Assembly: GCA_963757405.1 (NCBI GenBank)
Contig: CAVWRI010000020.1
Coordinates: 7,379 to 71,378, forward strand
Direction: 5' to 3'
Length of the DNA stretch: 64,000 bases
Source: an uncultured Actinomycetota bacterium
GTDB lineage: Bacteria; Actinomycetota; Actinomycetes; Actinomycetales; Dermatophilaceae
The notes under the pieces are model-generated. The model was not told the DNA's origin. It made no database searches and saw nothing but the letters and a program-made list of their open reading frames with translations. Within the stretch, counting starts at the first letter, position 1. Each line of letters starts with the position of its first letter. The position numbers and the translations under genes are program-made. Shown piece by piece: positions 22,251 to 34,789 of the stretch.

Positions 22251-22254
<4 letters not shown>
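21214..22254 (-). CDS. HAMP sensor histidine kinase, reading without a stop into DUF4173
   Basis: DEVGDLARAFNAM, VSHELRTPL, NLVDNAVRH, DEGPGI, GGTGLGLAI. Confidence 0.92.
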
Positions 22255-22956
<702 letters not shown>

Positions 22957-23144
22957 GCTCCCGAGCGTAGGAGGCCGGGGGTGCAGCCCCGTCGGGGCAC
23001 GGTGTGGAGATCGTGTGAAGGTCCCCCGGCCGGGCGGGCGTATCAGCCAGCTGGGTCCGGCCCTCCTCAGGGTGTCGGCGGGCCGGAGGGCGACCACATG
23101 GGTCACGCCCCGGGGCCGGACCCGCCAGCCACGAAGGGGGATCC

Positions 23145-24921
23145 ATGTCATCGACCACCACCCTGCGGTCCGGCACGCGCCGGACCCTGGGAATCGCGGG
23201 TGCAGCCGTCACGGCCGCGCTCGTCGCCGCGACGCCGGCCCTGGCCGGCTCCACCACCACGCCGCTGCCGAACGGCGCCGACCTCACCGTGACGGTGGAC
23301 TCCCCCGTCACGGGCGACACCTTCGTCGTCCCCGCGGGCGACACCACCGTCGACGTACCCCTGTCGGGCACGGCGAGCGTCGCGACCGGCGCAGCCGAGC
23401 GTGTCCTGGGTCTACGTCATCGACGTCTCCGGGAGCACCACCGCCCCGTGTACCGGCTCCGCGACCGTCCTCGACTGCGAGAAGATCGCCGTCGCCGGCC
23501 TCAACAACCTCGTGGTCACGGACGGGTCCGCGATCGACGTCGGCCTCGCCGTCTTCGCCTCGAGCGGCGCCGCGGCGGACATCTCCTCGACTGCCGGCGA
23601 GCAGCTCGTGACGGCCCCGGCCGATCCGGACGTCGACACGGCGATCGGGTCGATCGTCACGTTCGGCGGGATCAACCAGTTCACCGCCCGCTCGCGTCGG
23701 GAGCGGGACGAACTTCACGGCAGGGCTGAGCGCCGCCCTCGACGTCGTCCAGGCCGGCGCAGGGAGCACGGCCAACGTCGTGTTCCTCTCGGACGGGTTC
23801 TCCGCGACCGACGCGGGGTTCGGCGCCGCGCTCGCCGCGCTGGCCGCCGAGGCCACGATCTACCCGTTCTCGGTCGGCTCAGGTTCCTCGTGCGCCGGCG
23901 GGACCGACACGCTCGCCGACCTGGCCGCCGCCAGCGGGACCGAGTGCTTCTCGGTGCCCGACCCCGCCGACCTGCCCGACGTCATCACCAACGTCACGGC
24001 GACGACCCTCGACGACCTCGACGTCGAGCTCGACAGCGCCGCGGTGACCGCGACCACGTCGGCCGCGCTCCCGGCTGGACGGCCCGGCCTCGATCACGTG
24101 GACCGCCCCGGGCGACGACCTCGCACCGGGCAGCCACGAGGTGTGCGCCACCGCGACCGGCACGGGTCCGGCATCCGACCCGACGGCCACGGAGACCGCG
24201 CAGCGCTGCGAGACGTTCTCCGTCTTCGGGTTCGCGCTCACGCCGCCCACGGCGACCAACGAGCTGGGATCGGACGACACCCACGCCGTGACGGCGACGG
24301 TCTCGGGACCCGCCGGTGAGCTGGCCGGCTGGCCGGTCGACTTCTCGATCTCCGCCGGGCCGAATGCCGGTGACTCCGGGACCTGCGTGCCGGCGAGCTG
24401 CGAGACCGACGCCACCGGCCAGGTGACCTTCACCTACACCGTGCCGCAGGAGCCCGGCTCGCTCGGCACCGACACCATCACGGGCACGCTCGACGTCAAC
24501 GGCGACACCGTGAGCCTGGACGTGTCCAAGCTCTGGGAGGACACCACGCCGCCGGTCGCGCAGTGCGTCCCGAGTCGACCAACCCCGACGGTGACGTCCC
24601 CGGCGCGCCCGGCAACGGCGGCCAGGGCCAGAACCAGGACGGCTTCTACCGCCTGCTCGCCACCGACGACGTGTGGCCCGACGACGAGCTCGACATCTTC
24701 GTCAAGGACGACCGGGAGCACGCACGGTCTTCGGCCCGTTCGCGACGCAGACCGACGTCAAGTGGACCGAGGCCAACGGCGCCAAGCCCTCGCAGAAGCC
24801 GGGCACCGGTGCCGTCGAGTGGAACCTCAAGGGCCGCGGCGACATGCAGGTCTACGCCGTCGACGGCTCGGGCAACGTGTCCGCGACGGTGACGTGCCTC
24901 GTCCCGAACGACCCGAAGTGA
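23145..24921 (+). CDS. Secreted VWA-domain protein with Ig-like beta domains (several frameshifts)
   Basis: Signal peptide ..AATPALA; MIDAS VIDVSGST, GTNFTAGL, FLSDG; SD AAGGGG. Confidence 0.7.
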
Positions 24922-24950
24922 GGTGAGCGCACGGCATCCGCGCGCTGACC

Positions 24951-24982
24951 GGAGGCCCGCACCCGACCGGGTGCGGGCCTCC
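24951..24982. terminator. Hairpin between convergent genes
   Basis: ggaggcccgcaccc-gacc-gggtgcgggcctcc perfect 14-bp stem. Confidence 0.8.
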
Positions 24983-24987
24983 GCACG

Positions 24988-25942
24988 TCACGCCGGCTGG
25001 CGGTGCTGGGTGCGGAAGGCGGTCGGCGTGATGCCGGTGCAGCGGGTGAAGTGGTGCCGCAGCAGCGCCGCGGTGCCGAAGCCGGCGTCGCGCGCGACGG
25101 CCTCGACGGGGAGGTCGGTGTCCTCGAGGAGCCGGCGCGGCCCGCAGGACGCGCTGGTCGGTGATCCACTGGTGCGGCGTCGTGCCCGTCTCGGCGAGGA
25201 ACCGGCGCGCGAAGGTGCGCGGGGACATCGCGGCGCGGCGGGCCAGGTCGTCGACGGTCACGGGCGAGTCGAGGTGCTCGAGCATCCACTCCAGCACCGG
25301 GCCGAGGCTCTCGGCCGTCGTCGTGGGCACCGGGCGGTCGATGAACTGGCGCTGCCCGCCGTCGCGGTGGGGCGGCACGACCATGCGGCGCGCGATCGTC
25401 GTGGCGACGGCCGACCCGAGCTCGAGCCGCACGAGGTGGAGGGCGGCGTCGATGCCGGCCGCCGTGCCCGCGCTCGTGATGACGGTGCCGTCGCGGACGT
25501 AGAGCACGTCGGGGTCCACCCGGGCCCGCGGGTGGAGCAGGGCGAGCTGCGCGGCGTGCCGCCAGTGGGTGGTGCAGTCGCGGTCGTCGAGGAGCCCGGC
25601 GGCGCCGAGCGTGAAGGCGCCGGAGCACACGGACATCACCCAGGCGCCGCGGTCGACGGCGGTGCGCAGCAGCTCGACGACGGCAGGGGACGGGCTCCCG
25701 GCCTCGGACGAGGCGGGAACCGCGATGAGGTCGGCGTCGGCGGCCGCCTCGAGGCCGTGGGCCGCCGTCACGGTCGTGCCGTTGCGGGCATCGAGCGGGC
25801 CCGGGGTCTCCGCGCACACGCGGTAGTCGAAGGGGGGCACCCCCTCGTCGGTGCGGTCGAGCCCGAACACCTCTGCGAGCACGCCGTACTCGAAGAGGGA
25901 GACGGGCTCCTGGAGGAGGACGGCGACGGAGCGCAGGGCCAT
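24988..25942 (-). CDS. GlxA-family AraC regulator (frameshift near 25140)
   Basis: SVCSGAF, TTHW, TSAGTAAGID, RDGGQRQF, MSPRTFARRF. Confidence 0.92.
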
Positions 25943-25951
25943 GCAGCCAGT

Positions 25952-25997
25952 ATGGCAGATAATTGATGCACAACGACATGTCTGCCACTCGTGGCAG
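25952..25997. promoter_or_regulatory. TGGCAG/CTGCCA boxes in divergent promoter
   Basis: tggcag(25952)...ctgcca(25982)...tggcag(25992) in an AT-rich spacer. Confidence 0.5.
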
Positions 25998-26024
25998 TGA
26001 TTGGCCGAACGTCAAACTTGTGCC

Positions 26025-26236
26025 ATGGAACACGACCAGCATCCTCGAGACCATCGCCACCATCGCGGCCCTCGGCAGCGCTCGCTGCCCCGGTCGCCTA
26101 CCTCATCGAGCGCACCCACCGGCGCGACCGGCGCGAGCACGGCATCCGCACCACGTGGACGTGGACCCGTCACGACGCCGACACCCGCCGGATCGCCGAC
26201 GAGCTCTCCGCCTTCACCGGCGCGGCCCACCGCTGA
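26025..26236 (+). CDS. Small (~70 aa) single-TM protein (frameshifted)
   Basis: Reconstructed MNTTSILETIATIAAL..AAPVAYLIERTHRR..DADTRRIADEL. Confidence 0.55.
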
Positions 26237-26268
26237 GCCGGCTCGGCCCCGATCCTCGGTCCGACGGC

Positions 26269-26899
26269 TCAGCCCCGACGGCCGAGGAGCCACCCGACGA
26301 CGAGACCGACCAGGGCGGCCACGGCATACGGCCCGTACGTCCTCGCGAGCACGGGCAGCGACCGTGGCCCCCAGGTCGATCGAGTCCCCGGTCGGGACGG
26401 AAGCCGGCTCGTCCGGCGCCGCCACGGCCGGCGCCGGCTCGGCCGGCGGCTCCTGCGGCGCGAACTGCTGCTCGAGGCACTCGACGAACTGCTGGAGCAT
26501 CTTGTCGGAGACGTCCTGCATGACGCCCCTGCCGAACTGCGCCGGCTTGCCGGTGACCGACAGGTCGGTGCCCACCTCGACCCGGGTGCCCTCCCCCTCG
26601 GGGGCGAGCTCGATCGTCACCGTGGCGCCGGCCGTGCCGTTGCCGCGCTGGTCCTTGCCCTTCGCCTCGAGGACCGCCCGGTACGCCGACGTCGTCGCGC
26701 TCGACGAACGAGCAGGCCCCGGCGTACTGGAGGGCGATCGGCCCGAGCTTGACCTTCACCGTCCCGGCGAACCCGTCGTCGCCGGCGTCGGTGACCAGCG
26801 GCACCGGGGAAGCAGGTCCCCACCCGCTCGAGGTCCATGAACATCGCCCACGTCTCGTCGATCGCGCGCAGGGACGATGAAGTCGTGCCTCAGCTCCAT
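26269..26899 (-). CDS. coxG: CoxG-like SRPBCC protein with C-terminal anchor (frameshifted)
   Basis: DLERVGTCFPGA, VKVKLGPI, RGNGTAGA, TGKPAQFGRGVMQDVS. Confidence 0.85.
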
Positions 26900-26906
26900 G
26901 CAGGCG

Positions 26907-27757
26907 TCAGCCTCCGAGGGCGGTCGCTGACGGCACGTCGGGTGAGGACCGTCGCCAGGTGCCGCCGGTAGTCGGCGTCGCCGTTGAGGTCGCTCGGCGG
27001 GTTCGTGCCCTCCGCGGCGCTCGCGCAGGCGTCCCCGATGTCGGAGGCCGACCGGCCCTGCAGGGCCGCCTCCACCGTGCGGGCCCGCAGCGGGGTCGAG
27101 CCCATGTTCGTCAGCCCGATGCGGGCCTGCGAGATCGTGCCGCCGTCGACCTTGAGCGCCGCCGCGACGGCGACGATCGCCCACTGGTGGGAGACGCGCA
27201 CGAACTTCTCGTAGTGCGACACCCAGTCGGTGTGCTTCGGGATGCGGACCGCGGTGAGCAGCTCACCCTCCTGCGACGGCCGTCTCGAAGAGGTCGCGGA
27301 AGAACTCGGTCGCGGGCACCGTGCGCTCGCCGCCGGGTCCCCGGACGACGAGCTCCGCCTCGAGGGCCAGCACGGCGGCGCCGACGTCACCGGCCGGGTC
27401 GGCGTGCACCAGCGCGCCGCCGACCGTGCCGCGGTGCCGCACCTGCGGGTCGGCGACGTGCTCGATCGCCTGCGCGAGGAGGGCGGCGTGGAGGCGGACG
27501 AGCGGGTCGTCGACGACGTCGCTGTAGGGCGACATCGCGCCGATGACGACGTGGTCGCCGTCCTCGCGGATGCCGCGCAGCTCCTCGATCCGGCCGAGGT
27601 CGACGATCGTCTCCGGTGCGTTGAGCCGCATCCGCAGGATGGGCAGGAGGGACTGCCCACCGGCGAGGACCTTGGCGTCGTCGCCGGCCTCGGCGAGGGC
27701 GGCGAGCGCCTCGTCGACGCTCGTCGGGGCGAGGTAGTCGAATGCCGCGGGGATCAC
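26907..27757 (-). CDS. coxM: FAD-binding medium subunit, CoxM/CutM family (frameshifts)
   Basis: [45 protein letters not shown]. Confidence 0.9.
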
Positions 27758-30223
27758 TGGTCCACTCCGTCCGTGCGCCCGCAGAGGGGTCCTGGTTGGG
27801 GGCACCCTCCGCGAAGTGCGGCTGGGCCTCCCGGGTCGAGCCGGTCGACCGCGCCCTGGATGGCCTTCCACACCCGCTCCGGGGTGCAGGGCATCAGGAT
27901 GTCGTTCACGCCGAGGTGGCGCACGGCGTCGACGATGGCGTTGACGACGGCCGGTGTGGACGCGATGGTCCCGGTCTCGCCGACGCCCTTGGTGCCGAGC
28001 GTGTTCGTCGTCGAGGGGGACACCGTGTGGTCGGTGACGAAGCTGATCGTGTCGGCGGCGGTCGGCAGGGTGTAGTCGACGAACGAGCCGGTGACGAGCG
28101 TCCCGTTCTCGTCGTACTCCGCGCCCTCCCAGAGCGCCTGCGCGATGCCCTGGACGATGCCGCCGTGCTCCTGCCCGGCGACGATGAGCGGGTTGACGAT
28201 GGTGCCGATGTCGTCGACGGCGACATAGCTCCGCATCCGCGTGGCCCCGGTCTCGGTGTCGACCTCGACGGCACACAGGTGCGTGCCGTGCGGGAAGGAG
28301 AAGGTGTAGGCGTCGACCGTCGCATCGGCGTCCAGGCTGGGCTCGACGCCGTCCGGGCAGGTCGTGCCCGGTGAAGGTCGCGAGCACGACCTCGCCGAGG
28401 GTGATCCCCTTGTCGGTGCCCTTGATGCCGAACCGTCCCGCGTCGAACTCGAGGTCGTCGGCGCTCGCCTCGAGCAGGTGGGCGGCGATCGGCCTCGCCC
28501 TCTCGATGACCTTGTCGGCTGCCTGGACGAGCGCCTCTCCGCCGATGACGAGCGATCTCGAGCCGTAGGTGTCCAGGCCCTTCGGGGCGATCTGGGTGTC
28601 CCCGGTGAGGACCTCGACGTCCTCGAACGCGACACCGAGCCGGTCGGCGACGATCTGGCTCCATGCCGTCGCGTGGCCCTGACCGTGCGGGGTCGCACCC
28701 GAGACGACCTCGACCTTGCCCGTGGCGAGCATCCGGATGCTCGCGTGCTCCCATCCTCCCGCGCCGTAGTTGAGCGCTCCGAGGATCCGCGAGGGCGCGA
28801 GACCGCACATCTCGGTGAAGGTCGAGACGCCGATCCCGAGCTGGACGGGGTCGTTCGCCTCGCGACGGCGGCGCTGCTCCTCGCGGAGCTCGTCGTAGTG
28901 GAAGAGCTCCTTGGCCCGAGCCGTCGCGGCCTCGTAGTTCCCGCTGTCGTACGTCATCCCGGCCACCGACGCGAACGGGAACTCCTCGTGCGTGATCCAG
29001 TTCTTCTCGCGGATCGCCAGGGGGTCGACCCCCACCTCCGCCGCCAGCTCGTCCATGAGCCGCTCGATGGCGTACGTCGCCTCCGGACGGCCCGCGCCGC
29101 GGTAGGCGTCGACCCAGGTCTTGTTCGTGAGGACGGTCTGGCAGTTGAACTGGTAGGCCGGGAACCGGTAGATCGAGTTGTACATCCAGGCGCCCAGCAC
29201 CGGGACGCCGCCGCCGAGGAGGGCCACGTAGGCGCCGAGGTCGGCGAGCAGCTCGACCTTGAGCCCGGTCACGGTGCCGTCCTTGGTGGCCGCCAACGTC
29301 AGCGTCTGCCACTGGTCGCGACCGTGGTGGCCCGACACCATCGCCTCGGAGCGGGTCTCGGTGAACTTGCAGGGCTTCCCGAGCCGGCGGGCAACGGCGA
29401 GGGTGGCGAACTCCTCGGGCGTCGTCTGCAGCTTGCCGCCGAAGCCGCCGCCCACGTCGGGAGCGATGATGCGGACCTTGGCCTCCGAGAGACCTGTCGT
29501 CGCGGCCACGAAGAACCGGAGGATGTGGGGGATCTGCGTGGCCGACCAGATGACGATCTGCTCGCCGGTCGGGTCGACGACGGTGGACCGCGGCTCCAAG
29601 AACGCCGGCACGAGCCGCTGCTGGCGGTACTCGCGCTCGATGACGATGCCGTTCTCGCGCGCCTCGGCGATGGCTGCGTCGACGTCGCCACCGGTGCCCG
29701 CGGTGGCGGAGTCCAGCTGCCAGAACGCGGAGCGGTTGGTGCCCAGGTCGGGGTGGACCAGCACGTCGTCGGTCATCGCCTCCCGCGCGTCGAGCACCGC
29801 CGGGAGCTCGTCGTAGTCGACGTCGACCAGCTCGGCGGCGTCGCGCGCCGCCACGGCGGTGCGGGCCGCCACGACGGCGACGATCTCGCCGGTGCACGCG
29901 ACGCGGTCGACGGCCACGGGGAGGTGGGTGGGGGTCTTCTGCTCGTCGTTCAGCGGCCAGACGTTGGCGATGACGCCCTGGCTGTCCTGGAGGTCGTCGC
30001 CGGTGAAGACGCCGACGACGCCGGGGGCGGACCGTGCCTTGCTCGTGTCGATGGTCGTGAGGGTCGCGTGGGCGAACGGGCTGCGCACCATGGCGAGGTG
30101 CAGCATCCCCGGGAGCTGGATGTTGTCGGTCCACCGCGTGCGGCCGGTGAGGAAGCGCTGGTCCTCCTTGCGGCGCCGGGCCCGGCCGACCTCGGCGGCG
30201 GGCCGGTCCTCGACGGTCGTCAT
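27754..30223 (-). CDS. coxL: Molybdopterin large subunit, form II CoxL-type (frameshift near 28360)
   Basis: [18 protein letters not shown], active-site loop AYRGAGR, HGQGH, TYGSRS, KGVGE. Confidence 0.9.
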
Positions 30224-30726
30224 CGGACCTCGCTCCTCTCGGGCTCTGCGGCACCGGAGGCCTCCACCATCGAGCTCGCGCAGGCCGCCACCGCCTTCAC
30301 GATGTTGTGGTAGCCCGTGCACCGGCAGAGGTTGCCCTCCAGTCCGAGGCGGATCTCGTCCTCGGTGGGGTGGGGGTTGTCCTTGAGGAGGTCGATCGCC
30401 TGCATGACCATCCCCGGCGTGCAGAAGCCGCACTGGAGGGCGTGGTTCTCGTGGAACGCCTGCTGCATCGGGTGCAGCGTGCCGTTCTCGGCGATGCCCT
30501 CGATCGTCGTGACCTCGTGCCCGTCGGCCTGGACGGCCAGGACGTTGCACGACTTCACGCTGCGCCCGTCGAGGTGGACGGTGCACGCGCCGCAGTTGCT
30601 CGTGTCGCACCCGACGACGGTGCCGACCTTGCCGACGACCTCTCGGAGGTAGTGGACGAGCAAGGTGCGGGGCTCCACGTCGTCGGAGCACAGCACTCCG
30701 TCGACCCTGACGTTGACGCGAGTCAT
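30220..30726 (-). CDS. coxS: 2x[2Fe-2S] small subunit
   Basis: [32 protein letters not shown]. Confidence 0.94.
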   Translation of the reverse strand: MTRVNVRVDGVLCSDDVEPRTLLVHYLREVVGKVGTVVGCDTSNCGACTVHLDGRSVKSCNVLAVQADGHEVTTIEGIAENGTLHPMQQAFHENHALQCGFCTPGMVMQAIDLLKDNPHPTEDEIRLGLEGNLCRCTGYHNIVKAVAACASSMVEASGAAEPERSEVR

Positions 30727-30868
30727 CGTTGACTCCTTCGGCAGGGGACCGAGGCGGTACTCGTGATCCTGATCCTCGGCCGGGCGACGCACAAGGGGTA
30801 GGGCGGATATCGGTGGCGACCAGCTCGTGAGCCGCTGTCCGAGGGAACGGGCCGGCGCGTCCCGTTCC

Positions 30869-32020
30869 TCAGGTGGTGTGGTGGTGGTGGATCGGCCCGC
30901 CGGTGTCCTGGAGGCGGTGGCCGTGGCCGCCCCACTGGAGCGCGACGATCTCCGCGGCGATCGAGACGGCCGTCTCCTCCGGGGTCCGGGCGCCGAGGTC
31001 CAGGCCGATCGGCGAGGACAGCCGCGCGAGGTCGGCCTCGGGGACGCCCGCGTCCCGGAGCCGCTCGAGCCGGTCGTCGTGCGTGCGCCGGGAGCCCATG
31101 GCGCCGACGTACGCGACCTCGGGCAGCCGCAGGGCGACCTCGAGCAGGGGCACGTCGAACTTCGGGTCGTGGGTCAGCACGCAGACGACGGTGCGCGGGT
31201 CGATGCGCCCGGCCTCGGCCTCGGCCTCGAGGTAGCGGTGCGGCCACTCGACGACGACCTCGTCGGCAGCCGGGAAGCGGCTCGCCGTCGCGAAGACGGG
31301 CCGGGCGTCGCACACGGTCACCCGGTAGCCGAGGAAGGAGCCGACGTGGGCGACGGCGGCCGCGAAGTCGATGGCCCCGAAGACGAGCATCCGGGGGCGG
31401 GGGGCGTGCGCCGCGACGAACACGCGCATCCCCTCGCCGCGGCGCTCGCCGTCCGGGCCGTAGGTCAGCGTCTCGGTGCGGCCCAGCGCGAGCAGCCCCC
31501 GGGCGTCGTCGGTGACCGCCGCATCGGCGCGCTCGCTGCCGAGCGAGCCGGTGGGCGCGGCATCCGCCCCGGCGTCGGCGTCCTCGGGCCGCACGACGAG
31601 CCGGCGTCCCACCCGCGCGGCGTCCGGGTGCTCGATCACCGTCGCGACGGCGACCGGGCGGCCGGCGTCGATGTCGTCGGCGACCGCGCCGAGCTCGGGG
31701 AAGGTCTCCCGCGAGACGCTCTCGACAACACGTCCAGGATGCCGCCGCACGTGAGCCCCACCGCGAACGCGTCGTCGTCGGAGACGCCGTAGCGCTGGAG
31801 CACGGGCGAGCCCGACGCCACGACCTCCTGGCCGAGCTCGTAGACCGCGCCCTCGACGCACCCGCCGGACACCGACCCGACAGCCTCGCCGCCGGGACCG
31901 ACGAGCATCGAGGCCCCCGGCGGGGCGGGGCGCCGAGCGGAAGGTCGCGACGACGGTGCCGACGCCGACCGACTCACCGGCCCGCCACCACCGCATCAGC
32001 TCGGGCAGCACGTCACGCAC
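30869..32020 (-). CDS. XdhC/CoxI-family Moco chaperone (internal frameshifts)
   Basis: [58 protein letters not shown]. Confidence 0.9.
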   Translation of the reverse strand: MRDVLPELMRWWRAGESVGVGTVVATFRSAPRPAGGLDARRSRRRGCRVGVRRVRRGRGLRARPGGRGVGLARAPALRRLRRRRVRGGAHVRRHPGRVVESVSRETFPELGAVADDIDAGRPVAVATVIEHPDAARVGRRLVVRPEDADAGADAAPTGSLGSERADAAVTDDARGLLALGRTETLTYGPDGERRGEGMRVFVAAHAPRPRMLVFGAIDFAAAVAHVGSFLGYRVTVCDARPVFATASRFPAADEVVVEWPHRYLEAEAEAGRIDPRTVVCVLTHDPKFDVPLLEVALRLPEVAYVGAMGSRRTHDDRLERLRDAGVPEADLARLSSPIGLDLGARTPEETAVSIAAEIVALQWGGHGHRLQDTGGPIHHHHTT

Positions 32021-33131
32021 GCGCGACCACCTCCGTCAGCTCCTCGAACGCCGCCATCGAGTGCCCCGCGACGAAGTCGTCGACGTGGGGCAGGACCGCC
32101 ATGATGCCTCCCTGCACCGGCTCGTAGCCGGGTCGGCCCCGGTGGGGGTTGACCCAGACGACCCGGTGGGCGACCGCCCGCAGGCGGCGTACCTGCTCAC
32201 CCAGGGCGTCGGGCTGGTCGCGCTCCCACCCGTCGCTGAAGACGACGACGACCGCGCCGCGCGCCATCCCCCGACGACCCCAGCGGTCGAGGAAGACCTT
32301 GATCCCCTCGGCGAGCCGCGTGCCGCCGGACCAGTCGGGGATCACGTCACCCGCCGCGACGATGGCACGGTCGGGGTCGCGCTGGTGCAGCGGTCGGGTG
32401 ACGTGCGTGAGCCGGGTCCCGAGGGTGAAGACCTCGGTCGGCACCCCGGCGGCGCAGTACGCGTGGGCGAGCCGGATGAGCGCGTCGGCGTAGGCGCTCA
32501 TCGACCCCGAGACGTCGACGAGCAGCACGACCCGGCGGGGGCGGTCGCCGCGCCGGCGCCAGCTGCACCTCGCCGGGCTCCCCCATCCGGCGCAGCGTCG
32601 AGCGCAGGGTGCGGCGGGCGTCGACGTCCCCGCGGCGCGACGGCGTGTGCCGGTGCGCGCGCCGACGCGGTGCCCGCGGGTCGCAGCGCCGCGAACAGCC
32701 GCGCGAGGGCCTCGCGGTCGCGGCGGTCGAGCGTCGCGACGTCGCGGTGGCGGAGGATCTCGGTCGAGCTCGCCTGCGCGCGAACGGCATCCGGCATCCT
32801 CGACGCCGTCGCCTGACCGGTGTTGTCGGATGCCGTGAGCCCGGCCTGGGTGACCACCCGCGGCAGGGCGCTGTCGGTCCTTCGTCCCGGCCCGCTGGCC
32901 GCCGAACCAGGCGGCGTAGACCTGGTCGTAGCGCTCGAGGTCGGCCGGCGACGCGCACAGCGTCGCTCGACCCGCGTGGTAGACCGCCGGCTGGTCGTCG
33001 ATGCCCACGGCGGCGACCGCCTCGAGGTAGGTGCGCTCCCGGTCGGCGGTCACGGCGACCCCGGCGGCGCGCAGCGCGCGGGCGAAGCCGAGGAGCACCT
33101 CCTCGGGCGTGCGGGCGGCATCCGTCGTCAT
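32013..33131 (-). CDS. coxE: CoxE-like VWA protein (frameshifts)
   Basis: LLVDVSGSM, GTRLT, WSGGTR, FSDGWE, WVNP. Confidence 0.87.
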   Translation of the reverse strand: MTTDAARTPEEVLLGFARALRAAGVAVTADRERTYLEAVAAVGIDDQPAVYHAGRATLCASPADLERYDQVYAAWFGGQRAGTKDRQRPAAGGHPGRAHGIRQHRSGDGVEDAGCRSRAGELDRDPPPPRRRDARPPRPRGPRAAVRGAATRGHRVGARTGTRRRAAGTSTPAAPCARRCAGWGSPARCSWRRRGDRPRRVVLLVDVSGSMSAYADALIRLAHAYCAAGVPTEVFTLGTRLTHVTRPLHQRDPDRAIVAAGDVIPDWSGGTRLAEGIKVFLDRWGRRGMARGAVVVVFSDGWERDQPDALGEQVRRLRAVAHRVVWVNPHRGRPGYEPVQGGIMAVLPHVDDFVAGHSMAAFEELTEVVARA

Positions 33132-34019
33132 CGGGCGAGCATCGCGTCGAGCGCCCGCCGCACCCGCTCGGCGTCCTCGCGGTACTTCACCGCGACCCCG
33201 AGCGTCGCGGCGGCGGTCTCGGTGTCGAGGTCGCGCGTGCCGAGCTCGTGCAGCGCGCGGGCCCAGTCGAGGGTCTCGGCGACGCCGGGCGGCTTGAGCA
33301 TCTCGCGGTCGCCGCGGATGCCGTGGACGAGCCGCACGACCTGCTCGGCGAGCGCCGCCGGCCACCTCGGGCGCGCGGCGGCGGACGATGGCGAGCTCGC
33401 GCTCGATGCCGGGGTGCTCGAGCCAGTGGTAGAGGCAACGGCGCTTCAGCGCGTCGTGCAGCTCGCGGGTGCGGTTGGAGGTGAGCACGACGACGGGCGG
33501 CACCGAGGCCGAGACCGTGCCGAGCTCGGGGATGGTCACCTGCCACGTCGAGAGCACCTCGAGGAGGAACGCCTCGAACTCGTCGTCGGCGCGGTCGACC
33601 TCGTCGACGAGGAGCACGGCCGGGGAGTCGCGCAGGGCGCGCAGCACCGGGCGGGCGAGGAGGAAGCGCTCGTCGAACAGGCCCTCCTCGACCTCGCGGA
33701 CGTCGCGGGCGGCTCCCTCCACGGCCTCGAGCGCGCGCACGTGGAGGATCTGGCGCGGGAAGTCCCAGTCGTAGAGGGCCTGGGTGGCGTCGATGCCCTC
33801 GTAGCACTGGAGCCGGATGAGGGGGACGTCCATCGTCTCGGCGAGGGCCTCGGCGAGGGCGGTCTTCCCGGTGCCGGGCTCGCCCTCCATGAGCAGCGGG
33901 CGGCCGAGGCGCAGCGCGAGCCAGGTCACCGTGGCCAGGGCGTCGTCGGCGAGGTAGCCGGTCTCGCCCAGCGCACCGGCGAGGTCGTGCGCCGAGCCGA
34001 ACGTCGTCCGCGGGTCCAT
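33128..34019 (-). CDS. coxD: CoxD-like MoxR AAA+ ATPase (frameshift near 33365)
   Basis: GEPGTGKT, RLQCYEG, LLVDEVDRAD, TSNRTRELHDALKRRC, KPPGVAETLDW. Confidence 0.9.
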
Positions 34020-34064
34020 GGCGCCAGCATCCCCGACGTGCGTGCCGATCCGGAAGCAGACTGC

Positions 34065-34419
34065 TCAGACGAGCGCGGCGAGCGCGCTGAGCAGCTCGCC
34101 GAGGGCGAGGGCCCCGACGAGGGCCGCGACGACGGCGGGGAGGCGGCCGTCGGCGAGCACCGAGAAGGCCGGCTCGCCGGGGTGCGGACGGGCGAGCCGC
34201 CGGGTCCGCAGCGCGGCGACCGACACCCACGTCGCGAGGGCCGCGACGAGCACGGTCGGTACGGCGACGGCGGGGCCGAGGGTCTCGAGGGCGATCCGGC
34301 CGATGGTCAGCGCGCCGACGAGAAGGGCCAGGCCGGTGCGCCGCCACGCGAGCGCGGTGCGCTCCTGCGGCGCGGCCGGGTCGGGGGCGGCGGGCTGCGG
34401 CGCCGCGGGCCTCAGCCAC
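34065..34419 (-). CDS. DUF202 membrane protein (frameshifted)
   Basis: QERTALAWRRT motif. Confidence 0.75.
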
Positions 34420-34782
34420 CGACGAGGCTCGCGAGGCCGATGACGAGCGCCGCGAGGCCGACCGCGACGAGGACGACGAGCATCGCGGGGTTGGCGGGCA
34501 GCGGCGTCCCCTCGCGCATCGCGCGCTCGGTGCGGGCCCAGCCACGCCAGGCGGCAGCGGCGGTGAGCAGGGCGGCGAGGGCGAGGCCCGCCGCGAGCGT
34601 GGTCTGGAGCCAGTCGGGCATCGGCAGAGGGAGGCGTCGACCGCCGCGGCTCCGGCGACGAGCGCGAGGCCGGTGCGCACCCAGGCGAGGAAGGTGCGTT
34701 CGTTGGCGAGGGAGAAGCGCGGGTCGGGGTCTGTCCCGTGGGCGTAGACGCGGTGCGGCCAGCGGTCCTCGGGTGCGCTCAC
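34412..34782 (-). CDS. YidH/DUF202 membrane protein (frameshifted)
   Basis: PDPRFSLANERTFLAWVRT, RTERAMR. Confidence 0.85.
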
Positions 34783-34789
34783 GGGCCCA

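Noticed and set aside
27754-30223. Bona fide form I CO dehydrogenase
   Set aside because: Active-site loop is AYRGAGR, not AYxCSFR, and the gene order is S-L-M.
27263-30691. CoxL-CoxM fusion ORF
   Set aside because: Caused by an indel near 28360; the CoxL C-terminus and stop are in the 27754-28698 frame, with a normal GTGA overlap.
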